Assembly: GCA_052390035.1 (NCBI GenBank)
Contig: JBQTHI010000007.1
Coordinates: 8,430-72,429 of the forward strand
From: Actinomycetota bacterium
Lineage (GTDB): Bacteria; Actinomycetota; Acidimicrobiia; Spongiisociales; ZC4RG35
Reading direction: 5' to 3'
Length of the DNA: 64,000 nt
Shown: one piece after another, positions 49,755 to 61,227 of the stretch
How the letters are laid out: each line of letters starts with the position of its first letter
How positions within the stretch are numbered: position 1 is the first letter of the stretch
Notes under the pieces: model-generated
Told to the model about the DNA's origin: nothing
Database searches by the model: none
The model's input: only the letters and a program-made list of their open reading frames with translations
Program-made: the position numbers and the translations under genes

Positions 49755-50867
49755 CTAGATATCGATCGGATCAACGATGTCGAGGATGATCCCGACCAGA
49801 CCGAGGAACCCGACTAGGGCAATGACGAGCGCCGCCACCGGAACCAGCCAACGGATGTTTACCTGGCGACGAGTCACCTTCTCAAACAGGGCGACGGCGA
49901 AATGCCCGCCATCGAGTGGATATAGCGGGAGGACATTGAGAGTGGCGAGCATGACGTTGATTGAGGCAAGCAACACAAGGAACGGCGCCCAACCGAACTC
50001 ATCGACCTGACTACCGATGTTCCCCACCCCGATGGGGCTGACCGGCCGGATCTCATCGGGTATGTCCGTGTTGCCTATGAGGACTCCCGCCAGCCGGCTG
50101 AGGGTCTCCGGATGGACGATCCGTCCCAGTACATCGAAGGTGAGGCCGACGGTCAGGCCAAGTTGACGACCGGCCATAACCGCCGCCTCCCCCATGCCGA
50201 GATGCCGCTCGACGATCTCCGGAGCCACCCCGAGAAACCCGCGGGTCTCGCCGGTTTCGGGATCGGTTCTGGTGGCGAGGGTGGCGGTCCGCTCGATGAT
50301 GGCGCCGTCCCGATCCAAGGTCACCACCACTTCTTCGCCCGGCCGGCTGGAGAGCGCCTCGGCCACATTCGACCATTCCGGGGTGGCCGCCCCATCGATC
50401 GCCAAGATCACGTCGCCGGCTTCAATTCCGGCTCCGGCGGCCGGAGTCGGGCTTCCGTCCTCGAACTCGCCGACCACTTCCGAGATGCCGGTGCTGAGCT
50501 CGGATACTCCGTTGGCCAAGAGAACCCCGGCGAACATCAGGTAGGCGATCAAGAAGTTGGTACCGACCCCGGCCAGCACAACCAGCGACTTCTTCCAGAA
50601 GGTTTGTTCGCGGTAAGTACGACCGATGTCGGTGGGATTGATCTCTTCCATCGGATTCATCCCTACGACCCGTACGTAACCGCCCAGCGGCAGCAGCTTG
50701 ATGCCGTATTCGGTTTCGCCCCGTCTGAACGACCACAGCCGGGGGCCAAACCCAAAGAAGAACTCGGTCGCTTTGATGCCCACCGCCTTGGCGGCAAGGA
50801 AATGCCCCAACTCGTGGGCGGTAACGAAGAAAACGATGGCGAGGAAGCCGCTTAGTCCACCGATCAA
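49755..50867 (-). CDS. M50-family site-2 protease (RseP/Rip1-like) with PDZ domain
   Basis: HELGH zinc motif in TM1, PDZ region, C-terminal LDGG motif (LYPLDGGH). Confidence 0.85.
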   Translation of the reverse strand: MIGGLSGFLAIVFFVTAHELGHFLAAKAVGIKATEFFFGFGPRLWSFRRGETEYGIKLLPLGGYVRVVGMNPMEEINPTDIGRTYREQTFWKKSLVVLAGVGTNFLIAYLMFAGVLLANGVSELSTGISEVVGEFEDGSPTPAAGAGIEAGDVILAIDGAATPEWSNVAEALSSRPGEEVVVTLDRDGAIIERTATLATRTDPETGETRGFLGVAPEIVERHLGMGEAAVMAGRQLGLTVGLTFDVLGRIVHPETLSRLAGVLIGNTDIPDEIRPVSPIGVGNIGSQVDEFGWAPFLVLLASINVMLATLNVLPLYPLDGGHFAVALFEKVTRRQVNIRWLVPVAALVIALVGFLGLVGIILDIVDPIDI

Positions 50868-50964
50868 TGCTGTCTCCTGATAGTGCCACCAGCCTGGCAG
50901 GGGCAGATCAACGCTACCGGCTTCCCGGCCTAACCGGGCTTCGGGCCTGACCGGCGTGGTTCGT

Positions 50965-52116
50965 TCAGCAGGCCCCCGCGATCATGGCGGCTGTGGTGGA
51001 GCGGGCCTCCTTGTCGCAATCCATCAGTGACTCAAGGTCGGTCAACTCGGGCTCGATCTCCACCGTGTCGAGCGTCTCGGCAATTACCCTCACGATCGAG
51101 GTGAAGCCGAGCCGTTTCTGGAGAAAGGCTTCAACCGCGACCTCGTCTGCCGCGTTGAACACAGCCGGAGCTGATCCGCCCTTTCGACCCGCCGCATAAC
51201 CAAGCGCCAAACCCGGGAATGCTCCTTGATCAGGAACATCAAAGGTAAGGGCTAACCCGCTCCATGGGAGTAGTTCGAAGGCGCTCGACTGGCGGTGCGG
51301 AAAACCCAATGCGTACCCGATCGGAATCCTCATGTCGGGCTGCCCGAGCTGGGCTTTGATCGATCCATCGGTGAAGGCCACCAGTGAGTGGATGATGCTT
51401 TGGGGATGGATCACCACGTCGATGTGATCAAGGCCAAGCTCGAAGATCTGATGGGCCTCGATCACTTCGAGTGCCTTGTTGATCAGGGTGGCGGAGTCGA
51501 TAGTGATTCGCGGTCCCATGCTCCAGTTGGGGTGCCGCAATGCCTGTTCGGGTTTGACGTCCTCTTGTTGCTCGACGGTCCATCCACGGAAAGGTCCGCC
51601 GCTGGCGGTGAGAATGATCCGGTCGACCGAATCCAATGCCTCTCCCACCATGCACTGGAAGATGGCGGAATGTTCGGAGTCGACCGGGATGAGCTCGCCT
51701 CCGCCGGCCCTCAGGGCCCGTTTGACCAGCGGTCCGCCAGCCACCATCGACTCTTTGTTGGCAAGAGCCACCCGGTTGCCGGCTTCCAGTCCGGCCAGGG
51801 TTATCGGTAGCCCGGCGAGACCGACCACGGCGTTCATCACGATCTGGTCCTTCATCCCGGCCAGGTTGGCAAGGGCGTCGGATCCGAACTCGACCCGGCG
51901 GCCGGGAAGGCGATCGATCAACCGGCGCCGTTCATCGTTCGAACCGCCGGATGCCGCCACCACCGCGTCGGGATGAGCGCGGGCGATCTCGGCAAGCTGC
52001 TCGGAGGGACGGCGGGCCCCCACTGCCACTACGGGAATGCCGATCTGACCGGCCACCTCCAGGGTTTGGCGTCCGATCGAGCCGGTGGCACCCAATACAG
52101 CCAGCCCGTCACTCAC
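50965..52116 (-). CDS. dxr: 1-deoxy-D-xylulose 5-phosphate reductoisomerase
   Basis: GTG start gives VSDGLAVLGATGSIG (NADPH-binding), LANKESMV, DSEHSA motifs; ~384 aa. The first 55 codons of the track ORF overlap cdsA and were rejected. Confidence 0.9.
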   Translation of the reverse strand: MSDGLAVLGATGSIGRQTLEVAGQIGIPVVAVGARRPSEQLAEIARAHPDAVVAASGGSNDERRRLIDRLPGRRVEFGSDALANLAGMKDQIVMNAVVGLAGLPITLAGLEAGNRVALANKESMVAGGPLVKRALRAGGGELIPVDSEHSAIFQCMVGEALDSVDRIILTASGGPFRGWTVEQQEDVKPEQALRHPNWSMGPRITIDSATLINKALEVIEAHQIFELGLDHIDVVIHPQSIIHSLVAFTDGSIKAQLGQPDMRIPIGYALGFPHRQSSAFELLPWSGLALTFDVPDQGAFPGLALGYAAGRKGGSAPAVFNAADEVAVEAFLQKRLGFTSIVRVIAETLDTVEIEPELTDLESLMDCDKEARSTTAAMIAGAC

Positions 52117-52129
52117 GGGCAGCGGAGAT

Positions 52130-53371
52130 TCAAAGCAGTCCCGCCGACCGCATGAACAAATACGCGGCGGGTGCCACGAACAACAGCCCGTCGATGCGGT
52201 CGAGCATGCCACCGTGACCGGGAAGCACTGAACCCATGTCTTTGACGCCGAGACTCCTCTTGACGAGCGACTCGGCGGCATCGCCGATCGGCGAAAACAC
52301 CGCGACGATCACCGTCAGCACCACCGATTGGGACAGGTCGATCAGGAACCAGTCAACTGTGGACAGGAATGTCGCCGCCGCTCCGCTCAGCACAATGCCG
52401 CCCACGTAACCCTCCCACGTCTTCTTCGGGGACAGCTCGGGCGCCATCGGGTGCCGGCCCATTGCTTTACCAGCGAAATAGGAGCCGATGTCGAACAGGG
52501 CGACCAAAACGACGAGCAGCAGGACTAGGGGCAGGGCGTTGGGAGACGCACCGATGCCGACTGCAAAAGCGAGCAGAGACACCCAGGCGGCGCCAAAAAT
52601 CGTCACAGTCGCATTGTCAAGCGGCCGGCGGCGCGGCACCACCGAAAAGAACAGCACCACCGCCATCGCGCTCAGCAAGGTGACGAACATCAAGGGTCCC
52701 GGTCCCCCCAGGTGCATGGCGACCGCCGCCCCGGCGGTGCCCAGGAGCCCGAACAGGGCGATCGGCACGAAACCATGGCGACGCAGGGTGGCGTACAACT
52801 CGCCGACGGCGATGACCATGACCGCCCCGACGAAGCCGGTGAAGAACCATCCCCCCATGAGCAGGGTGGCCATGAATAACCCGACCAGCACCAGGGCGCT
52901 GATGATCCGCAACGTCAGGTCGCTGGCGGCGGCCTGCTCGACATGTTCGACATCCTCCTCCTGAATGCCCGGGCGTCCGGTGACATCCGCAAAGTCGACG
53001 AGGCCGGAACCGAGTCCCGCCATGGACGCAGCTACCGCCGGGCGGGTGTTCGGCTCCTGGCCGCCCTGGGCGATCTCCTCGGCCAGGTCTCGATATTCGG
53101 CGGTGGTGGCCGACAGGTAGGCCTCCTCCGAAATCGAAGCTTCACCGCCGTCGTCATCGCCGGCGATCAGGTCGGCAATGGTGGGTTGGGCGAGCTTGCC
53201 ATCAAGGGCAGATGGGGCATTGGCCGCTTCCCTTGGTTCATCTTCCGGATCGACCGAGGCCTCCAGCGGCTCCTCCCAGGGACGGGTGAAACGGGGCGCA
53301 GGTTCGGTCGGCACCGCAGGTGGCGCATTCGGGTCTGTTCCCAGAGCCTCCCGCCGATGCCTCCGGGCCAT
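52130..53371 (-). CDS. cdsA: Phosphatidate cytidylyltransferase with long acidic N-terminal extension
   Basis: C-terminal CdsA signature SPKKTWEG...GDAAESLVKRSLGVKDMGSVLPGHGGMLDRIDG. Start set at the Met that abuts the frr stop; ~170-aa hydrophilic Pro/Glu/Asp-rich N-terminal region precedes the TM core. Confidence 0.8.
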   Translation of the reverse strand: MARRHRREALGTDPNAPPAVPTEPAPRFTRPWEEPLEASVDPEDEPREAANAPSALDGKLAQPTIADLIAGDDDGGEASISEEAYLSATTAEYRDLAEEIAQGGQEPNTRPAVAASMAGLGSGLVDFADVTGRPGIQEEDVEHVEQAAASDLTLRIISALVLVGLFMATLLMGGWFFTGFVGAVMVIAVGELYATLRRHGFVPIALFGLLGTAGAAVAMHLGGPGPLMFVTLLSAMAVVLFFSVVPRRRPLDNATVTIFGAAWVSLLAFAVGIGASPNALPLVLLLVVLVALFDIGSYFAGKAMGRHPMAPELSPKKTWEGYVGGIVLSGAAATFLSTVDWFLIDLSQSVVLTVIVAVFSPIGDAAESLVKRSLGVKDMGSVLPGHGGMLDRIDGLLFVAPAAYLFMRSAGLL

Positions 53372-53372
53372 C

Positions 53373-53924
53373 TCAGACTTCCAGTAGCTCGTTCTCCTTG
53401 TGGCCAAGGAGATCGTCGATCTTGTGGACGAACCGGTCGGTGAGCTCCTGGAGCTCTTTTTCACCGCGCCTTATCTCGTCGTCAGAGACCTCCCCCTTGA
53501 GTGCCTCGATGTCGTCTTTTCCATGCCGGCGAACGTTCCGAACGGCGACCCGCCCCTCCTCTGACATGTGCCGGACCAGCTTGATCAACTCCCGTCTTCG
53601 CTCCTCGGTGAGGGACGGAAAAACGAGACGGATGACGGTCCCATCGTTGGATGGGTTGAGGCCCAGATCGGAGGCGCGGATCGCCTTCTCGATGGCAGTT
53701 ATCGAGCTGCGGTCGTACGGTTGCAGCACCAGCAGACGGGGCTCGGGCACGGAGAACGAGGCGAGCTGTTGGAGCGGGGTAGGGGTGCCGTAATACTCAA
53801 CGTGGACCCTATGAAGGATCTGGGGATTGGCCCGACCGGTCCGTATGGTGAGGAACTCCGAGGCGACGTGATCAACCGCCTGCTCCATCTTTTTGCGGAC
53901 CTCTCCCAGGACGTCGGTAATCAT
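53373..53924 (-). CDS. frr: Ribosome recycling factor
   Basis: 183 aa, full-length RRF pattern (MEQAVDHVASEFLTIRTGRANPQIL...). Confidence 0.92.
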   Translation of the reverse strand: MITDVLGEVRKKMEQAVDHVASEFLTIRTGRANPQILHRVHVEYYGTPTPLQQLASFSVPEPRLLVLQPYDRSSITAIEKAIRASDLGLNPSNDGTVIRLVFPSLTEERRRELIKLVRHMSEEGRVAVRNVRRHGKDDIEALKGEVSDDEIRRGEKELQELTDRFVHKIDDLLGHKENELLEV

Positions 53925-53933
53925 GGCTGCTCC

Positions 53934-55295
<1,362 letters not shown>

Positions 55296-55303
<8 letters not shown>

Positions 55304-56063
55304 TGCTCACCGTTTCCTCCTCGGAGCTGGCATCGGAGCCGGCCGCCACCGTCGCCTCGGGAGCGAACGTCTCCTTGCCAACCACACCGCGTCCCTCCCG
55401 GCAGGCTTCGGCCAGGGCGCCGGCCACCACCGCCGCCGCCCGTATGGCGTCGTCGTTACCAGCTATCACGAAGTCGATGTGGTCGGGATCGCAGTTGGTG
55501 TCGACCAGGGCGAGAGTGGTCAGCCCCAGACGCGCCGCTTCCCTGACCGCGGTGTGCTCCGTGTTCACGTCGACCAGGAAGACCGCATCGGGCACCTTCA
55601 CCATCTCCCTCACCCCACCCAGAGTCTGCTGGAGCTTGGCCAGCTCGCGCCGGATCGAGAGACGCTCGCGCTTGGAGAGGGCATTGATCTCCTGGGAGGC
55701 CTCCATGCGCTCCAACTCCTTCATGTAGAAGATCCGCTTTTGAATCGTCGAGAAGTTGGTCAGCATCCCACCCAGCCACCGGAAGTTCACATATGGCATG
55801 CCTGCCGCCGTGGCCGCCTCGGCGATTGGTGCCTGCGACTGCTTTTTGGTCCCGACGAAAAGCACGGTGCCCCCGCCGGCCACCAGGTTCTTCAGATATT
55901 CGACAGCGTTCTCGATCTGCGTGAGGGTCTGGCGAAGATCGATGATGTGAATGCCATTGCGTTCGCCGAAGATGTAGGGCTTCATCTTCGGGTTCCAGCG
56001 GCGGGTTTGATGCCCAAAATGCACACCGGCTTCGAGCAGCTGCTTGATCGTGACGGCAGCCAA
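55296..56063 (-). CDS. rpsB: 30S ribosomal protein S2
   Basis: [19 protein letters not shown] and the full-length S2 pattern; 255 aa with acidic C-terminal tail. Confidence 0.92.
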
Positions 56064-56254
56064 AGTTGACTCCTTTGATACTGGGTTTATTCCTCCGCCG
56101 GCAGAGTCCCTGAGGGACTCGGGTCAACCAGGTGGATGCCCCTCCTCATCAGACGGGGCCGGAGGGCACCGCCAACCGCGAGGATTCACCGGCGTGTGTC
56201 GTTCAAGCAGATGATAGACGCCGGCGCAGCTCGCCGGACGGGGCGCCAGCTCGC

Positions 56255-57040
56255 CTAACGAAACGTCGGTTCCGACATCCGGTGCCGCAATGACAGGACC
56301 GATTTGGCGTGGATCTGACACACCCGTGACTCGGTCACCCCGAGCACCTCGCCGATTTCGGCCAACGTCAACCCTTCGAAGTAGTAGAGGGTGATCACCA
56401 GTCGCTCCCGGTCCGAGAGCCGATTAATGGCATCGCCCAGGATGTGTCTGGTCTCTTCCGCTTGGAAGGCGGCCTCGGGTCCAACACCAGACTGGTCCGG
56501 GAGGAAATCCCCCAAGGAGGAGCCGGCATCCGGCCCGATGAGCTCGTCGAGGGCCACCAGACCGAGGTTGGACATCTCCGCCAAGGTCGATCTGACCGAC
56601 TCGATGTCGACACTCATGTGGGCCGCCAGCTCCTCTTCGGTCGGGTTGCGCTTGAGACGATGCTCGAGTTCTGACATCGATCGCTCGATCTCACGGGCTC
56701 GCGCCCTCACCGACCGTGGCACCCAATCCAGGGCGCGGAGACCATCGAGGATGGAGCCCTTGATCCGGTTGATGGCGTAAGTCTCGAACTTGAAGCCCCG
56801 TTCCGGCTCGAACTTGTCGATGGCGTCGATCAGACCGAATACGCCGTTGGACACCAGGTCGGCCTGGTCTACGTTGCGGGGCAGTCCGACCGCCACACGA
56901 CCTGCCACAAACTTGACCAAGGGTGAATATTGAAGGATCAGGGCCTCCCGGGCCCGGACGTCACCGTCCGCCTTGAGACTTCGCCAGAGGGTGGCCAGGT
57001 CGTCGGCCCGGCCCTCAGGCCCGGGGGTGGCTGTGGTCAT
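56255..57040 (-). CDS. RNA polymerase sigma factor, WhiG/FliA (sigma-28) family
   Basis: Regions 2.x, 3 and 4 recognisable (YINRIKGSILDGLR; LTLAEIGEVLGVTESRVCQIHAKSV HTH). It sits near rpsB as whiG does in Streptomyces. No flagellar genes in the window. Confidence 0.85.
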   Translation of the reverse strand: MTTATPGPEGRADDLATLWRSLKADGDVRAREALILQYSPLVKFVAGRVAVGLPRNVDQADLVSNGVFGLIDAIDKFEPERGFKFETYAINRIKGSILDGLRALDWVPRSVRARAREIERSMSELEHRLKRNPTEEELAAHMSVDIESVRSTLAEMSNLGLVALDELIGPDAGSSLGDFLPDQSGVGPEAAFQAEETRHILGDAINRLSDRERLVITLYYFEGLTLAEIGEVLGVTESRVCQIHAKSVLSLRHRMSEPTFR

Positions 57041-57938
57041 ACGTGGCTCTCAGGTGTTGGCGGGAAACGGCAGTGTAAATCTGGGTGGTGGCCAGGTCGC
57101 GATGCCCCAGCAACTCCTGCACCGCCCGAAGATCGGCCCCCCTCTCCAGCAGGTGGGTCGCAAACGAGTGCCGCAGAGCGTGAGGGAAAGTTGTGGCCCT
57201 TGCTCGCACCGCCCGGCGCACTCCCCTCCCGTCAAGTCGGCCGCCCCGGATTCCTATCCAAATCCAATCGGCGACGTCGGCCCCGACGAGTTGCGGCCGT
57301 CCTTCCTCCAACCACGCCCTGACCGCCCGCCTCGCGGGGTTGCCAACCGGCACTGCCCGGCCCCGCTCCCCCTTTCCGACCACCCGGAGCAGGTCGCCGT
57401 CAAGGTCGGCCACCCTCATCGCAACCAGCTCCGACACCCGAAGTCCCGTTCCATATAGCAGTTCGAGGATCGCACGGTCTCGAAGATCGATCGCCGTTTC
57501 GGTGGGGAGGGCGTCCAGAAGAGCATTCAGTTGACGATCGGGCACGGTGCGTGGCAGTCGCTCGGGCGATTTTGGACGGCCGATGCGGGAGGAAGGATCG
57601 GAGGAGACCTCGCCCCGGCGCAGCGCCGCGCCGAAAAATGCGGAGATGGATGAAGCCTTGCGGACGATCGATCGGCGGGCGTAACCCCGGGTGTCGAGAT
57701 GAGCCAGGTACCGCCTTATCAGCAGCCGGTCAATCCCCGAAAGCCCGGCAACGCCGCACCGCTGTGAAAACTCGAAGAACTGGGAGAGGTCGCTTCGATA
57801 GGCGTCGATGGTGTGCGAGGACAGTTGACGCTGGGATTTCAGCCGATCCAGATAGGGATCGAGCGCGGCTTGTGCCCAGTCGGGGAGGGGGTTTGACGGG
57901 GCCATCTGCCGGACCAGCGTATTGGGTGTGGCTGGCAA
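57015..57938 (-). CDS. xerC: Tyrosine recombinase XerC
   Basis: N-terminal SAM-like core-binding domain and C-terminal catalytic R..HxxR..Y (ALRHSFATHLLERGADLRAVQELLGH...TQIYT); overlaps the sigma-factor gene by 26 nt. Confidence 0.88.
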   Translation of the reverse strand: MPATPNTLVRQMAPSNPLPDWAQAALDPYLDRLKSQRQLSSHTIDAYRSDLSQFFEFSQRCGVAGLSGIDRLLIRRYLAHLDTRGYARRSIVRKASSISAFFGAALRRGEVSSDPSSRIGRPKSPERLPRTVPDRQLNALLDALPTETAIDLRDRAILELLYGTGLRVSELVAMRVADLDGDLLRVVGKGERGRAVPVGNPARRAVRAWLEEGRPQLVGADVADWIWIGIRGGRLDGRGVRRAVRARATTFPHALRHSFATHLLERGADLRAVQELLGHRDLATTQIYTAVSRQHLRATYDHSHPRA

Positions 57939-57947
57939 CCGACGGTA

Positions 57948-58778
57948 TCAGGCGTGCTCGACATTGGCGCCATTCATGCCCGGGGGCCCTTCGAGCTCCT
58001 GAAGCATCAGGGCGGCGAGCACTTCACCCGCCGGCCGCTCCGACCGGGCGAGGATCTCGTCGATCGACCCTCGCTCGGTGGGCGATGGCCCCCGATCGAG
58101 CGCCGGCTTTACCGGTCCCGGACCCATGATCATCTCGAGTGTTGCGATCAGATCGTCGCCGCCAAGCACTGGGTGGGCGCCGTCCCGGATCAATAGATTG
58201 CAGCCTTCGGAGGTTGGGCGATCGATGTCCCCGGGTACCGCCAATACCTCCCGTCCCAATTCGAGCGCCAGCCGGGCGGTGATCAGCGCCCCCCCGGTCA
58301 CCTTGGCCTCAACGACCACCACGGCTTCGGCCAGGGCGGCGATTATCCGGTTGCGGGCCGGAAAACGAAACGGCGCCGGCGGGGTGCCCGGAGGGTATTC
58401 GGAGATGAGTCCACCTCCATGCTCGATCAAGGCCGTGGCCAGAGTGGCGTGTTCGGAGGGATAGATCACATCGATCCCCGACCCCAGCACGGCCCACCCG
58501 GGTCGCCCCGAACCCGCTACCCCCCGATGGGCGGCGCCATCGACTCCCCGCGCCAGACCCGACACGACCGGCCACCCTGCCAGCGCCACTGCCCGCCCGA
58601 GCTCTTTAGCCACTCGCTGTCCGTAAGAGGTGCAGCGGCGGGTGCCGACAATGGCCACACCCCGCTCTGGGGGAAAGGTCCCCCACACCCATAGTTTGTC
58701 GGGGATATCAGCCAGCCCCTTCAAGTAGGTAGGCCCGTTCAGGTAGGTCGGCGTCGGCATAGCTGGTTCACACCTCAC
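57948..58778 (-). CDS. dprA: DNA-processing protein DprA (short form lacking the N-terminal SAM-like domain)
   Basis: Rossmann-like DprA domain (AIVGTRRCTSYG...GLARGVDGAAH...GSGIDVIYP), 276 aa. The ORF start overlaps the comM stop by 11 nt, leaving no room for an N-terminal domain. Confidence 0.8.
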   Translation of the reverse strand: MRCEPAMPTPTYLNGPTYLKGLADIPDKLWVWGTFPPERGVAIVGTRRCTSYGQRVAKELGRAVALAGWPVVSGLARGVDGAAHRGVAGSGRPGWAVLGSGIDVIYPSEHATLATALIEHGGGLISEYPPGTPPAPFRFPARNRIIAALAEAVVVVEAKVTGGALITARLALELGREVLAVPGDIDRPTSEGCNLLIRDGAHPVLGGDDLIATLEMIMGPGPVKPALDRGPSPTERGSIDEILARSERPAGEVLAALMLQELEGPPGMNGANVEHA

Positions 58779-60237
58779 CTCGATAGGCGAGAGCTTCGGC
58801 GAGATGGCTTTCGGTCACGACCTCGTCGCTGGCGAGGTCAGCGATGGTCCGCGCTACCCGCCGCACCCGGTCGACCCCCCGACCGGTGAGCATGCCTTGT
58901 TCGACCGCCTTGACCAGGAGGCGGCTGGCCGGGGTTGGTGACATCAGCCGGTCAAGCTGGGCCCGAGTCAGACGACCATTCAGCGCTCCTCGTTCAAGCT
59001 GCCTGGCCCGGGCGCCCAACACGCGTCTCTTGATGTCAGACGAACCCTCCGCTGGCGGGCCGAAAATCGCCCCTGGCTCGGGCGAGGTGAGAAAGATCCG
59101 GAGGTCAAATCGGTCGAGGAACGGGCCCGACAATCTACGCCGGTAGCGGGCCAGGGTCGAAGGTGTACAGGCACAGGACCGAAGCCGGTCACCCATGAAT
59201 CCACAGGGACACGGGTTGGAGGCCGCCACCACCTGCGCCTCGGCCGGAAAGGTGACACTGCCTCCCCGGCGAGCCACCGTGACCGTCCCTTGTTCGAGGG
59301 GCTGGCGGAGGGCGTTGAGCAGGTGGGGCGGAAACTCGCCGAGCTCGTCGAGGAATAGCACTCCACGATGGGCGAGCGACAGTTCGCCAGGGTTTGGGTA
59401 GCCACTCCCGCCACCCACCACAGCCACCGAAGACGCCGAGTGATGGGGGGCGCGAAAGGGGGGCTGATAGCCAAATGGGCGGGCCCGATCGGCGGCTGCC
59501 CACAAGCAGGCCACCTCGACCGCTTCGATCTCGGTGAGAAAGGGCAAGATGCCGGGCAGTCTCTGGGCGAGCATCGTTTTGCCCGAGCCCGGGGGTCCAA
59601 CCATGAGAAGATGGTGACCCCCGGCGGCCGCCACTTCCAAGGTACGCCTGGCCAGCAGTTGGCCCCTGACATCGGCCATGTCGTACTCGGGCTCGACCGT
59701 CGGCCTCGGCGGGGGATCCGCGGTGCGAGCCGTCTGATTGCCGGTGAGGACCGCCGCCGCCTCCGCCAGACTGGTTACCGGATAGACCGCGACACCTGGC
59801 ACCAACGCTGCCATCGAAGCATCCGCGTCTGCAACCAAACAAGGCCAACCTCGGTTGGCGGCGAGCAGCGCGGCCCCGATGGCCGTTCGGCTCCGCCGCA
59901 CCGAGCCATCAAGCGACAACTCTCCGGCGACGACCACCGACCGCCGGGCGGGGAGGTGCCCCGAAGCCGCCAGCACGCCGAGGGCAATCGGAAGGTCGTA
60001 ATCCGAACCGCCTTTGGGAAGATCCGCCGGCGAGAGATTGACGGTGACCTTGCGATGAGGGAACTCCCGACCACTCGACACGATGGCTGCTCTTACCCGA
60101 TCTTTGGCCTCGCGGACGGCGGTATCAGGCAAACCCACCAGGGCGAATCCTTCGGTGGCTTTCCCGATATGGGCCTCGATGCGCACCGCCCGCGCCTCGA
60201 CCCCCACCATCGCCACCGATGTGGTCACGGCAAACAC
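58768..60237 (-). CDS. YifB/ComM-family Mg-chelatase-like AAA+ ATPase
   Basis: N-terminal Lon-protease-like domain, Walker A GPPGSGKTM, Walker B/arginine finger and C-terminal ChlI-like domain; 489 aa. Confidence 0.88.
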   Translation of the reverse strand: MFAVTTSVAMVGVEARAVRIEAHIGKATEGFALVGLPDTAVREAKDRVRAAIVSSGREFPHRKVTVNLSPADLPKGGSDYDLPIALGVLAASGHLPARRSVVVAGELSLDGSVRRSRTAIGAALLAANRGWPCLVADADASMAALVPGVAVYPVTSLAEAAAVLTGNQTARTADPPPRPTVEPEYDMADVRGQLLARRTLEVAAAGGHHLLMVGPPGSGKTMLAQRLPGILPFLTEIEAVEVACLWAAADRARPFGYQPPFRAPHHSASSVAVVGGGSGYPNPGELSLAHRGVLFLDELGEFPPHLLNALRQPLEQGTVTVARRGGSVTFPAEAQVVAASNPCPCGFMGDRLRSCACTPSTLARYRRRLSGPFLDRFDLRIFLTSPEPGAIFGPPAEGSSDIKRRVLGARARQLERGALNGRLTRAQLDRLMSPTPASRLLVKAVEQGMLTGRGVDRVRRVARTIADLASDEVVTESHLAEALAYRGEV

Positions 60238-60297
60238 TGTTCCCTTATACGGGCCGGACGGGACTGGTTCTAGAGGTGCCTTCGTTCTCGCGCAGAC

Positions 60298-61074
60298 TCA
60301 GCGACCCCGAAAGTCCGGAGGTCGCTTGGCGACAAAAGCGGCAACCCCCTCGCGGGCGTCATCGGTGGTGAAGCAAATCGCCTGGGACTGGCCCTCCTCC
60401 GCCAAACCCTGCTCGAAGCTCAGCTCGAATGCCCGATTGAGAGCCCGTTTGGCCAGCATCTGGGCGACCGGGGCGCCGCCCAGGAGAGCGGCTGCCAGTT
60501 CTTCGACTCTGCCCAATAGGGAGTCGGGTTCCACCACCTCCAGGACCAACCCCATTTCCAGGGCCTCGTCAGCCTCAACCGCTCGACCGGTAAGAGCCAG
60601 CTCTTTCGCCCTCTGCAAACCGACGATGCGGGGTAAGAGCCAGCTGCCTCCGAAGTCGGGAACCAGACCTCGTCGTACAAAGATCTCAAAAAAGCGTGCC
60701 CTGGTGGTAGCTACCACCAGATCACATCCCAAGGCCAGGTTCATCCCCGCCCCTGCCGCCACGCCGTCAACTGCGGCGATGGAAGGTTTGCCCAAACGAT
60801 GCAGGGCGAGGGCCGCCGCTCCCACCCGAATCATCCGGTCGCGGTTCGCCGTCACCCCGAAGTCGGTATCGCGTTGGTCGGGAGAAAGGTCGGCACCCGA
60901 GCAGAAGTTCCCACCCGCTCCCGTAACGACCAGGATCCTGGCGGTGGACTGCTCGGCCTCGTCGATTGCTATACGCAATGTGTCCCAGCCGTCGCCGGGA
61001 ATTGCGTTCTTGCGTTCGGGCCGGTCGATCGTCAGCCAGCGCACCATCCCCCGGTCTTCGGTCCGAAGCCACAT
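60298..61074 (-). CDS. Enoyl-CoA hydratase/isomerase (crotonase) family protein
   Basis: Oxyanion-hole segments FCSGADL and AAVDGVAAGAGMNLALGCD; 258 aa. Confidence 0.85.
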   Translation of the reverse strand: MWLRTEDRGMVRWLTIDRPERKNAIPGDGWDTLRIAIDEAEQSTARILVVTGAGGNFCSGADLSPDQRDTDFGVTANRDRMIRVGAAALALHRLGKPSIAAVDGVAAGAGMNLALGCDLVVATTRARFFEIFVRRGLVPDFGGSWLLPRIVGLQRAKELALTGRAVEADEALEMGLVLEVVEPDSLLGRVEELAAALLGGAPVAQMLAKRALNRAFELSFEQGLAEEGQSQAICFTTDDAREGVAAFVAKRPPDFRGR

Positions 61075-61114
61075 GGTTCATGGACGGTAGCTGCCGCCGG
61101 TATCGTCATCCGGA

Positions 61115-61225
61115 ATGGGATTCAACCCCTTCCGCCCAGCCCGCCGGGACCCTCTTGATCTGGCAATGGTGATCGGGGCGATCATCGCCATCGTCGGATT
61201 GCTGGCATGGGCGATTTGGGGGTAA
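61115..61225 (+). CDS. Candidate 36-aa single-TM micro-protein (MGFNPFRPARRDPLDLAMVIGAIIAIVGLLAWAIWG)
   Basis: ORF found by hand (below the track cut-off); strongly hydrophobic C-terminal helix; its stop sits 2 nt before the GTG of the next ORF, with a GGGGG stretch acting as a possible RBS. Confidence 0.25.
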   Translation: MGFNPFRPARRDPLDLAMVIGAIIAIVGLLAWAIWG

Positions 61226-61227
61226 CT

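Noticed and set aside
56064-56254. 190-nt region upstream of rpsB as a possible S2 autoregulatory leader or ncRNA
   Set aside because: A structured leader is plausible, but I could not identify a convincing conserved stem-loop or motif by eye. Left uncalled.
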